Assembly (NCBI GenBank): GCA_048013815.1
Contig: CM106585.1
Span: forward strand, 7,564,001 to 7,628,000
Reading direction: 5' to 3'
DNA from: Setoptus koraiensis
Lineage: Eukaryota; Animalia; Arthropoda
Length of the DNA: 64,000 nt
Shown: one piece after another, positions 37,324 to 48,365 of the stretch
Layout: the number at the start of each line of letters is the position of its first letter
Position numbering within the stretch: the stretch's first letter is position 1
Program-made: the position numbers and the translations under genes
Notes under the pieces: generated by a model
The model's database searches: none
Told to the model about the DNA's origin: nothing
What the model saw: the letters and a program-made list of their open reading frames with translations, nothing else

Positions 37324-38217
37324 GAGAGGGTGTGTTTTTTTTAGGCGGTGCTATCTTTAAAACGACTATTCTCTCAGTATTCAAGTTATTCGGGAATCTC
37401 AAACTGACAAATAAACAACCATTATGGAGCCGAATAAATAACTCTCATCTAGTTATCATTATAAAAAAAACATATTCTCCCTGTCGCTTTCTGTCACTGA
37501 ATGGAAAAAAACTTTCAACCCCACCACTTCTAAATCATGCTATTTGTAACTCTCCTATATATGACGTGTAGGCATCATGAATATAATGCATGAAAATTAC
37601 AAATACGCAACGAGAATGAAGCTAGCAAACCAATAAATGTGATATCAATAGTGGAGATTTCGCAATGCTGCGATCAATGACTTAAAGTTGCTAAGTTGAC
37701 AAAATTATTTGTGCCTTGACACTGTGATCATTGATTCATCAATTAAATCCAGACAGATGAGGCATTTGTAGTCTACATGCTACAGCATGAAGCTGACAAA
37801 ATGCACAGGAAGATATTTTAAGGATAATTGATCCGCATGGATTATTACTCTCTGCCCAGAATAATCAAATAACTGAACATGTCAAGAAATAACATCAATT
37901 TGAAATGAATTTACCTGAGCAGTTATGGAGACGCCAGAAAACGACTTCGCGCTAGGACTATAAAGTAACATTTGTTCCATCAAACCACCAAATCGGTGCT
38001 AGCTCAGGGTAAGCTTGAGCATCGAATGATTTTGCAAGCTCGCCGAGCGCGATCAGGGCAGCGATGAAAATAAGTTAAATTAAATATATTAACTATAATG
38101 TTCATGATATATATACTACGAGAAATGTATGCCATGAATCATTTAGAAAAGATCAGTAATTGCTTGTGTATTGCTGATTAAAAGTGTCTTTAATAATTAT
38201 TTATATCACACCACCAG

Positions 38218-41200
38218 TTACTGCTCATGCAACATTTGCCTGAGCATGTAGTGCAAGATACCTCCATTTTTAAAATATTCGACCTCAACCTCAGTATCAA
38301 ATCGTACTTTCACTTGAAATTTTGTCAAAACACCGTTCTCAACATAGACAGTGGCCAATTGATTTGGCTCGACCTTGGACCCAATATCAATTGTGAACGT
38401 TTCTCTACCGGTCAATTGTAACGAGCTTGCATTTTCTCCCTCTAAATATTGCAACGGTAAGACACACATACCAATCAAGTTGCTTCTGTGTATTCTCTCA
38501 TAACTTTCGGCTATGACCGCCTTGACGCCAAGTCCGTAGGGTCCTTTAGCGGCCCAATCACGACTTGAACCACAACCGTATTCTTTGCCTGCTAACACTA
38601 TCAACGGGGTTCCTGTCTCCTTGTACTTCTCTGCCGCATCAAAAACATCCAATTCCTCGCCAGTTGGCAAATACAATGTTCTCGGCTTCTGGACCATTTC
38701 CAACAGTTTGTTGGCCAAGCGAATGTTGGCGAAGGTTCCGCGAATCATTATGTTGTCATTGCCACGATATGAGCCGTAAGAGTTGATATCTTTGCTCTTG
38801 ACACTGTAAATTGAGTAAATTAATAGAAGAAGCAGAAATTAGAATGAATTGAACTGAGCTATTGTTTTGAGTTGAGAAATAAGCACGAAAGTAGCGATGA
38901 CTTACCCTTTGTTGGTCAGAAATCTATAGGCGGGACTGGTTCGACTTATGGCACCGGCAGGGCTGATCATATCAGTGGACACGGAATCGCCCAAATTCAA
39001 GAGAACGCGCGCACTGTTTATTTTATAATCGCGTGCGTTCAATTCTTTGGTCATTCCATGGAAAAAGAATGGGGCCTTAATATAGGTAGAATTCTCATCC
39101 CATGGATAGTGCAAGCTTTGTGGAGCATCCAATTCAGACCAATTCTTGCTACCCTTCTCAATGTTGTTGTAGACCTCTTTGAACATAGATTCGAGCACAT
39201 GACTCGACTCTACTTGCTCGATTTCCTCTTTGCTTGGCCAAATATCCCTAAGATAGACATCTGCGCCTGTAGACGATACACCCAAGGGTTCTCTCTCAAA
39301 GTCGATAATACGGCCAGCCAAAGCGCAAGCTACGACTATCAATGGCGAGGCTAAATAGTTTGCCCTAGTGTGCGGGTGTACACGTCCCTCAAAATTTCTA
39401 TTACCAGACAATACTCCGACTGTCACGAGTTCGCCCTGTTCAATGGCCTCTACGACTGCCGGCTCTAAGGGTCCTGAGTTGCCTATGCAAGATTGACAAC
39501 CGTATCCCACAACATAAAAGCCCAACTTCTCCAAATAGGGCAACATACCCGAATCTCTCAGATAATAAGTAACAACACCACTACCAGGCGACAAGCTTGT
39601 CTTTATGTAAGGCTTAACGGACAGACCCTTCTCAACGGCCTTCTTGGCTAACAAACCGGCACCCAACATAACAGACGGGTTAGAGGTGTTGGTGCAGCTT
39701 GTGATAGCGGCAATCACTATGGAGCCATGCTGCAATTCATGAGATTGTCCATCTAGTTCAAACTTAACGGGGCGTTGAGAGAGTTTTTGAGGTGACAAAC
39801 CAAATCCTTTAAATCCAGTGGGAGCCTTCAAGCACTCCTCGAAGTCCGATTTCATTTCACAAAACGGCACTCTATCATGGGGCCTCTTTGGTCCACTGAC
39901 CGATGGTGTCACTGTGCTCAAGTCCAGCTCGTAGGTCTGTGAGAACTCTGGATCTTCGTTGACGTCGTCGTAGTCGACACGATACATCTTCACTGCTTTT
40001 AAATATTGTTCCACATATTTGACCATGCTGCCACGTCCGGTTTGTTTCATGTAGGCGATGGTTTTGTCGTCAACAGGAAAGAAGCCAACTGTTGCTCCAT
40101 ACTCTGGACACATATTGGCAATAGTTGCCCTGTCAGCTAGAGACAATTGCTTGACACCAGGCCCATAGAATTCTACGAACTTTCCAACTACTCCCACTGA
40201 TCGTAGATGTTTGGTAATGGTAAGCACTAGATCAGTTGATGTGGAAAATTTGTCCAACTGACCCACTAATCTGTAGCCCACAACTTGTGGAATGGACATG
40301 GATACAATCTGGCCCAGCATGACCGCCTCGCATTCAATTCCACCACAACCGTAACCTGGGAATATCATGAATGAATTAGCGTTGTTTAGTCTCGGATATA
40401 GAAATGAATTCTTAAGTATTATAAGTATCAACAATTTCTCTTACCTACTACTCCCAATCCGTTGATCATGGTAGTGTGAGAGTCAGCGCCGACAAGAGAG
40501 TCCGGAAATAGAACGTTCTCTTTATTCTTGTAGACAACATGAGCTAGATACTCTAAATTGACCTGATGTACAATGCCTGATCCTGGTGGAATGATACGTA
40601 AATTATCCATACTTTTGGCTGCCCATTTCAAAAGTCGGAATCGTTCCTTGTTCCTTTCGAATTCCAAGTCCTGATTTTGTTGCAATGACTCGGCTCTAAA
40701 TTGGAGACAAGTAAACAACAAGATGTCAGAACAAGATGGAACAAATTAGTTAACAACTATACTCAGAAAACAATATTTGCACTTTGGCAATCAGAAAAGA
40801 AAGTTTGGTTGCATGGGTGTGAAGGAAAGGGGATAAAGGCTCGAACCCCTGAGATAATTCTTGATGAAATGGGCATGTTTTGTGTCTGAGTTTGAGCTTC
40901 TCGATGAGAGCGTGATAATCGTGGACCGTTGTGGACTTTTTCGACGCACCATTTACGGTCGGTGAGATGGCGCTAAAATCTGTCGATCTGACGTCCAGTT
41001 GGATGGCACCATTTCTCGCTCGTTTAATATCAATGTTACTGGCTTGATGGTGTCCATGCACACTGAGATCATAATTGTTTGTGAGACCTCTAGCTAATAG
41101 GCAATACTTGAATTTATCGCAATCCCCACACAGTGCCCTGTTGCCGACTGCCATTTGTTTAATTGAGCCATTTTCAGTATGGTACACACCACTAGAACTT

Positions 41201-42340
41201 CTAGAATTGTTTACTGTTGCTCCTGAGAGAAATTTTTGAGATCTTCCCGTGATTTGTTGACTACCTGAGTAACTTGGCGGTACATAAGTGTTTCTTACGG
41301 GTTGGGGCTGCACCTGCTGAGGCGGCATCTGAGTCAATCTATGGAGTCTACCTTAATTTATTATCCATGTGTTGTTATTGGATTAAAAGTGTTTTTGTTT
41401 GTTTGTTTGTACGGAAGGAGTGTAAGTTAAGACTTATGAACTACACAAATGGACAGGGCATAATATAAATGGTGAGCACATTAACTATTGTTGATTAGTG
41501 TTATCATCATTGCAAAACATGCCTGTGGTTAAGCCTCAATCTAGCCGCTATGACAAACATTGATGAGGTTTTAGAGGTGTGTTGTTGTTGCTGATGTATA
41601 ATCGTTGCATAGACGTAAACTTGGACGTAACTTGTGTGATCTACACTAACGGTTTCAGATTGACTGACGTTCTTATTGTCGCGTTGTCTCAATTACTAGG
41701 TGTTACCGGACAAAAGCTAGCTCGACTTATTAGGATATCAGGACGTACAGTTAGTGGGGAACAAATATTGCAAGTACTTGTTAAAGACAAACAGATACTC
41801 ACGTTTTGGCGTAATCGACCTGAACTGAGTGGTCGACAACTAGATCAACTTGACACAATGGATTAATTTTCTTTGGGTCACCACCTAGGAGGGCAAAGGC
41901 GTCACGCATGCCGGCGAAATCAACAACTGCCGGAACTCCGGTGAAATCCTGAAGAATGACTCTAGCTGGCTTGAATGGGACATCGTTGTCGTTTGCGTAC
42001 TGGCTCTGTTTCCAATTGAGCAATTTTTCAATGTCGCTCGGCTTGATAGAGAAATTGTCACAATTTCTCACGTTGGATTCGAGCAAAACACGAACAGATA
42101 TGGGCAATCGATCTGAGGGCAATTAGTAATAAAGGTGTGAGGATGTCATGTAAAACAATCATTTATTGTTATGTAGTTGTTATTATCTAATATTCATAAG
42201 GATCATTGAAGAGATTGACTGTTTAGCTTACAGTAGCGAGGATCGTTGAGCTTGTTTAGATTGTAATACTGATATGTCACGCCGTCGACCTCAAGGGATT
42301 CCTTGAGCCGGTCAAATTCGTTCACATATTTAGTGGCCAT
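38218..42340 (-). CDS. ACO1: Cytosolic aconitase / iron regulatory protein, 5 core exons plus a candidate cassette exon
   Basis: Exons are 42340-42232, 42112-41803, 40695-40445, 40355-38906 and 38803-38218, all GT-AG and in frame. Motifs include QDFTGVP, DHSVQVD, DSHTTM, Fe-S ligands TSCTNTS and [16 protein letters not shown] and [10 protein letters not shown]. Confidence 0.96.
40847..41338 (-). CDS. Candidate 492-nt in-frame cassette exon inside aconitase intron 2, resembling the IRP2 insertion (ends [10 protein letters not shown])
   Basis: Phase-2 acceptors at 41338 or 41347 and a phase-2 donor GG|GTTCGA at 40847/40846 match the phase-2 flanking exons. The frame is open throughout and includes a CGDC..C cluster and CPFH. 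Confidence 0.7.
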
Positions 42341-43099
42341 GATCTAGTTGAGACAGTCACTTAGGAGCGAATGATTAAAAATTGATGATTGTATAAAAGA
42401 CGATGCTTTATTGAGGCCACTGAATGTTTCTCTCTTAGTTTATCTATCAACCTTTTCTTACTATCGCGATCAGAATAAGTACGATGGCGTTGGCGATGGC
42501 TTGCTTGACCAATTGAAGGTGTGATAATGTACAATTTTGGAGTGGTTACATAATCATATATACCATTGGTGGCATGGCAATAGTTGTGGCGATAGCTGAC
42601 ACAACAAACAAGCTACAGTGGACAGATAGCGAGACTGAAGAAAAAGAATCAACATCGCCAGGTGGATAACGATGATGACGATAACGATGATCCAGAAAAG
42701 TGTAAGAGATACATACTGATGTTGGCGCACAATTTAAATGGCAAAATCAGTTACGTAACTGCTTGTGTCATGCAACTGCACATGTATAACAGTGTTGGAT
42801 CGTATTCCTTCAATTGGACTGAAACGTTCAGTCGCATACAGGATGGTGAATGTCACCACCGCCGATCATTAACTCACAACTTGTTGTATCAAAAACAAAT
42901 CAAGTTGTTAATTCAAATCATCTAGTAAAGCGACCTCTAACAAATGTCGTTGTTGTCACTTTGCTTAAGCTAGATCTAGCTTAAAAAGGAAAAGTTTATT
43001 TATCGATCCAACAGTTTCTATACTTATCACATTGCGATACATTATCATAATGGTGACGCTAACAAAACATCATAAACGTTCATCATATCGTTCAATCTA

Positions 43100-44632
43100 T
43101 TAGTCTAGTGCCGCGATAGCTGGTCCGAATGTTCTGTGTAGAGTATGACTGAAAAATGGCTTGCTCTGATTTCGCTCTATTGCTTCAAGTAATGGATCTT
43201 TTAGCATTTGTTCGGTGATAACAATTTTGACATTCGTTTTATCAGTGGTACCATCCTTACCATCCTTACCATCCTTACCATCCTTACCATCCTTACTATC
43301 CTTGTTAGGTGCTTGGCCAGCATTCATATCAGGTAGTATGCGTCCGAAATCCATTGATCGCAAAACTTGTTCGCTCTTTATCAGTGTTTCCAGAGAGCAA
43401 CGTTTCTCCGGCACGGTTAATATGTCATAAAGCTCTTTCATTTTACTAACACTTCTCCGCTTGTCCTTCAAATTTGGATCATTTTCAAACTTTTCCAATG
43501 TTCGCTTTAACGGGCTTATATACTTGCAAAGCTGCTTTAATTTTTCAGTATAGACATCATTTTCAAGATTCTGTGATTGAGGGGAATTCGTGTGTATCAT
43601 CTGAGGAGTATCTAACGGTACACTTGGCGATGGCACAGAATTGATAGAACTTGGTGCATGAGATCTAGGTTGCTGTGACAGTAGCGACGGATCCCCAGGT
43701 GATGGAACCATCATCGGCGACGGAACCATCATGGGCGATGGAACCATCATAGGTGATGGGACCATCATTGGCGATGGAACTGCCACTGGTGGCGCTGGGG
43801 ACAACGTTGGTTGAACTATCTGATTGACAACGGCAGCGTTTTTGGCCACTCTCTTATTGGTGCCGGGCTGCTTGGTGGCTCGGGTTGGCTGAGGCATCGT
43901 TTGATGGGGCATCATTTGGTTAGTTATTACTTGATGGGGTATCTGTTGTTGTTGCTGTTGTTGGTGCATCTGCTGCCGCACGCCCCTTGGCATGCTCTGC
44001 AATTGCTGCTGAGACATCATTATATTGTGCATCTGTTGAGTTTGTCCCGCAATCTGTTGGCTTGGTTGTACTTGAATTATGGGACGATGTTGTTGCTGTT
44101 GTTGGATTCTAGGCTGTTGCATCACCATTTGTTGTTGCATTTGCAGTTGACCTCGTTGCTGATTGATCTGCATAGGTGCCATTCCATGTTGAATACGAGT
44201 CTGGGGTATTTGCATAGGTTGTGAATGCTGTTGCATCATAATATGAGGCTGACCATGGCCCCCATGAACCATTCTGGTTTGTTGTTGTTGTAATTGCTGC
44301 TGCTGCTGCTGTTGTTGTTGCTGCTGATATTGCTGTTGCATGGCCATTTGCTGAGGTCCTTGAAGTTGAATATGTTGATGTTGGGGTGCCATATGTTGTT
44401 GTTGTTGTTGCTGTTGTTGAATTTGTTGAGGAGTCATGGCTTGCATCACCTGCTGTTGGGCAGCTCTATTGCGGCGTGCTTGACCTCTGACAGTAGCCAT
44501 TTGTTGTTGAGGTTGTGGCTGAAACTGAACTTGTTGGGGCTGAGGTTGTTGTTGTTGTTGCTGTTGAAGCTGGTCGGTAACAATATGAGTGGTGTAAAAT
44601 TGCTCCTGGCCAAAAGGTAATCTCTGCGCCAT
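43100..44632 (-). CDS. MED15: Mediator subunit 15-like protein (Q-rich region and middle domain)
   Basis: Long Q/M/P-rich region, PSP repeats, YTEKLKQLCKYISPLKR, KMKELYDILT..KRCSLETL and PLLEAI...FSHTLHRTFGPAI, all as in the MED15 middle region. Confidence 0.85.
   Translation of the reverse strand: MAQRLPFGQEQFYTTHIVTDQLQQQQQQQPQPQQVQFQPQPQQQMATVRGQARRNRAAQQQVMQAMTPQQIQQQQQQQQHMAPQHQHIQLQGPQQMAMQQQYQQQQQQQQQQQLQQQQTRMVHGGHGQPHIMMQQHSQPMQIPQTRIQHGMAPMQINQQRGQLQMQQQMVMQQPRIQQQQQHRPIIQVQPSQQIAGQTQQMHNIMMSQQQLQSMPRGVRQQMHQQQQQQQIPHQVITNQMMPHQTMPQPTRATKQPGTNKRVAKNAAVVNQIVQPTLSPAPPVAVPSPMMVPSPMMVPSPMMVPSPMMVPSPGDPSLLSQQPRSHAPSSINSVPSPSVPLDTPQMIHTNSPQSQNLENDVYTEKLKQLCKYISPLKRTLEKFENDPNLKDKRRSVSKMKELYDILTVPEKRCSLETLIKSEQVLRSMDFGRILPDMNAGQAPNKDSKDGKDGKDGKDGKDGTTDKTNVKIVITEQMLKDPLLEAIERNQSKPFFSHTLHRTFGPAIAALD
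43250..43294 (-). repeat. 9-bp coding tandem repeat in MED15 (DGK repeats)
   Basis: ACCATCCTT x4 plus one variant on the + strand. Confidence 0.9.
43698..43787 (-). repeat. 18-bp coding tandem repeat in MED15 (MMVPSP x4 plus a variant)
   Basis: The translation reads VAVPSP MMVPSP MMVPSP MMVPSP MMVPSP. Confidence 0.9.
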
Positions 44633-45065
44633 GTTAACTTACTTTTGTTGTTACTATTGAATAATTGAATACTATCGATCAACGGAGAGTTTCAAAAACA
44701 ATAAATTTAGATGTGAACAATAAAATCAGTGGCACGTTGTTAATAATAAAATCTATAAATCGAGAACTAATTTATTGGACAAACATCATTTCATCAATCT
44801 GCCACTTGAAATGATTCATTCCAAGTGAGAGAAATAAACATTGCGCTGACATTGAACTGAAAGTCACGCGCGATATTTAAACACAATCAGATGTTCGGAA
44901 TTTTCCAGATAACTGCGCTGATAAAGCAGAGCAGGTAAAAACTTAACAATAATAAAACCCGTTAGGTTGTCCGTGTGCGTCTTCATTTATCTCTTTATCA
45001 CTATTGGTGGAATCTACTTATTACTATAATCATCGTTCAATTTGTACTTTATACTGATAGTCGAA

Positions 45066-45536
45066 ATGTCTGGTTTTATCGGACCACTGAGACCTCAATC
45101 AAGTGGTGTAGTGGCCCCTACTCCCCAAATACCTCCACCACCTACCACAACTGCCACTTCAAGTAATCCACAAAAAGGTAAAAAAAGAAAATTTATCAGA
45201 GCTGCCGGCGGTCAAACCTGGGAAGATCCTACTCTATCGGAGTGGGATCCAGATGACTATAGGATATTTTGCGGCGATCTTGGAAACGATGTAAATGATG
45301 ATATCTTAACTAAAACATTCAACCGATATCCATCGTTTGTGAAAGCTAAAGTTGTTCGCGACAAAAGAACTAGCAAATCTAAGGGTTACGGTTTTGTTAG
45401 CTTCAAAGAACCCCAAGATTTTACCCGGGCCATCAAGGAGATGGATGGTAAATACGTTGGCTCACGGCCCATCAAGTTGAGGAAATCCACGTGGAAGGAT
45501 AGGTCTTTAGAGTCATCAAGAAAAAAACAATGTTGA
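45066..45536 (+). CDS. RBM42: RNA-binding protein 42, intronless, short form
   Basis: IRAAGGQTWEDPTLSEWDPDDYRIFCGDLGNDV, KSKGYGFVSF and YVGSRPIKLRKSTWKDR are diagnostic of RBM42. Confidence 0.93.
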   Translation: MSGFIGPLRPQSSGVVAPTPQIPPPPTTTATSSNPQKGKKRKFIRAAGGQTWEDPTLSEWDPDDYRIFCGDLGNDVNDDILTKTFNRYPSFVKAKVVRDKRTSKSKGYGFVSFKEPQDFTRAIKEMDGKYVGSRPIKLRKSTWKDRSLESSRKKQC

Positions 45537-45859
45537 AAGAAAAATAGATTGCAAAGATTGAACTTCATCCAATAGAAATATTTTACTTTGTAAATGAATA
45601 AATTTCTCCAGGCGTAAAACAAGTCTGTAGGAAGATAATGGTGTTTCGAAAGGCCTTAGCTTTTTCTGGAACTTCATCATTACTGCAAAAGTGCCTTCAA
45701 AATACGCGGCTTAAATTAGAGAAGCCACTTTTTGATAATATCATGGTTAATACACCATCCGGCGAGACACAATCTCATATCAAACAGGAGAACTCTCGAA
45801 AGGAATCTCAATTATAGGCATCTTGTAGTTATTGATACAACAACTATCATTCATTTACA

Positions 45860-47698
45860 ATGTGTGGAATTCTTGCAATATTGAACAGCAATGAAGAATC
45901 CTCTCAGCTTAGGATTAAGGCTCTGAAGCTTTCAAAGAGACTTCGACACAGAGGCCCAGATTGGAATGGTAAGTAATTGTGTATCGTGGTCAGCAATATT
46001 TCTTTATGCTTGAGAGTACACTTATACTAATTATCGAAATGTATTCTTTATTGTCGATATGTTGCAGGTATATTTATGCACGAGGATTGCCAAGCCAATC
46101 ACGTCTTAGCCCATGAGCGATTGTCAATTATTGGCTTAGATAAGGGAGCTCAACCACTCTTTAACAATGACAAAACGATTGCTTTGTGTGTCAATGGTGA
46201 GATATACAACCATAGAGCATTGAGCCTGAAGGATTGTCAGGGTTACAAGTTCAACACCAATAGTGATTGTGAATGCATCATACCTTTATATGAGAGATAT
46301 GGTGAAAAATTCATCGATCTTCTGGATGGAATATTTGGATTTGTATTGTATGATGTAGAAAAGAAAAGATTCATAGCTGCTCGTGACGCCATAGGAGTTT
46401 GTTCTATGTATATAGGCTGGCATCACAGCGGATCAATATGGTTTGCTTCGGAAATGAAAGCACTAGATGAATGTACTCTAGTCAAGGAGTTTCCGCCTGG
46501 TCATTATTGGGCCTCTACAATGTTAAATTCTACCATGGATCTGAGCCAATGTCAGCGATGGTATAATCCCGTGTGGCTGGATGAGGCCTATTTACCGAGT
46601 GAGGATGTAGACTACGATCTCTTGAGAACAACCTTGGAAGACAGTGTCATCAAACGTCTCATGGCTGACGTACCATTTGGTGTTCTTTTATCTGGTGGTC
46701 TTGATAGTTCGCTCATAGCATCGATTGTTGCCAATAATTACCGATTGAAAATGGAAGAAACCTCAAAAGGACCACACCATGGTTATCTGTCGTCAAAAGT
46801 TCACACTTTCTCCATTGGTCTTGAGGGTTCACCAGATCTAGAATGGGCCAATAAAGTTGCCGAGTACATAGGTTCTACTCATCACTCGTTTACATTCACA
46901 GTTCAAGAGGGCTTGGATGCATTGCACGATGTTATTAATCATATTGAGACCTATGATGTCACCACTGTGAGGGCTTCGACGCCCATGTTTTTGATGGCCA
47001 GAAGAATCAAGGCAATGGGCATAAAAATGGTGCTGTCTGGTGAAGGTAGCGATGAGATATTCGGTGGATACCTGTATTTTCATAAAGCTCCATCATCTGA
47101 GGAATTCCACAAAGAGCTGGTCAGAAAAATATCAGCTCTATCTAAATATGATTGCTTAAGAGCTAACAAGTCAACCTATGCCTGGGGAGTAGAGACACGA
47201 GTGCCTTTCTTGGATAAGAACTTCTTAAACATTGCTATGAGACTAGATGCCAAACACAAGATGATAAATTGTGGCCAAGGACGCATAGAGAAATACATTC
47301 TTAGAAAGGCGTTTGACACTAACAAGACGAATGGGGAACCTTATCTACCTGAAAAAGTACTCTGGCGCCAAAAAGAGCAATTCTCTGATGGTGTGGGCTA
47401 CAGTTGGATTGATGGCCTCAAGGATCACGCTGACAGACTTGTGAATGATCAACAACTTAAAATGTCCTCTATAATTTTCCCCTATAATACTCCAGCAACA
47501 AAAGAAGCTTACCTTTACAGGACCATATTTGTGTCGATATTTTCCAAAGAGTCGTTCGCGAAAACTGTTCCGCATGCGCCAAGCATCGCTTGCTCGACTC
47601 CTGTCGCTCTACAATGGGACGAACAATGGGCTAAAAACGCCGACCCTTCCGGTCGTTCTATTTCAGTGCATACCTCAGCTCTCAAAGTGACACCGTGA
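45860..47698 (+). CDS. ASNS: Asparagine synthetase (glutamine-hydrolysing), 2 exons
   Basis: Exon 1 is 45860-45968 (MCGIL..RHRGPDWN, N-terminal Cys nucleophile). A 99-bp intron follows. Exon 2 is 46068-47698 (NGEIYNH, SGGLDSS, LSGEGSDE, RVPFLD, RQKEQFSDG). Confidence 0.96.
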
Positions 47699-48365
47699 TC
47701 AAGGTCAAAATTAGAAGGAACTGTGTGCGACATCTTAAATAAACACTGTTGTGATTTCGATATGATTTACATAAAAAATTGACCCAATTTGTGTCACAGA
47801 CGTTTCAGCCTATACAGTCTAGGTGAATTGTTGTGAGCTTCTGTTTCTAATTTCTTCTCTGGAATATAGTCACAGAACAAAAAAATATGCCAAAATTAAT
47901 TGAATGCGATCGACGATTGAATTGATTGTGAGTGTAGCTATATGTCACTCGCTAGATTACAAACTTTCAATTACGATGTGATTGCAGTCATGTGCTGTTC
48001 ATAAGCAATTGTTTCCAACATTCTGATGAAAATTGTCAAATGGAGTCTACGATTCCGGCATCGGCACTTCGCATGCTGACAAATTGTAACACGGACTTAT
48101 GTATCAACAAGAACAATCTGTAAGTTCCGTCGGCCTAACGTCAACGTTGGCGAACTGAATTGGGAAAAATAAGTTTGTAAAGAAGATGGAGATTCGACCA
48201 TTTCCAAAACGATGCCAACTTCATTAACTGGAGAATAATGAGAGAAAATTTGCATACACAGGAGATGTAGTTTGATGAAATGAGCGAGAAAAAAATTTTT
48301 AATGATCAAATCATAGAGCAAAACAGCCTTCTGTGCTTTGTTTGTCTAGATTTCAATAGTCATAT

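Noticed and set aside
41100-41150. CGDC in the aconitase intron read as the start of a LIM domain of a nested gene
   Set aside because: The remaining LIM His/Cys ligands do not follow. Phase-compatible splice sites and the CPFH motif favour the cassette-exon reading.
43811-44620. Leu-rich antisense ORFs over MED15 (and similar ones over GIGYF at 9262-9976)
   Set aside because: They are the reverse complement of CAG/CAA polyglutamine codons.
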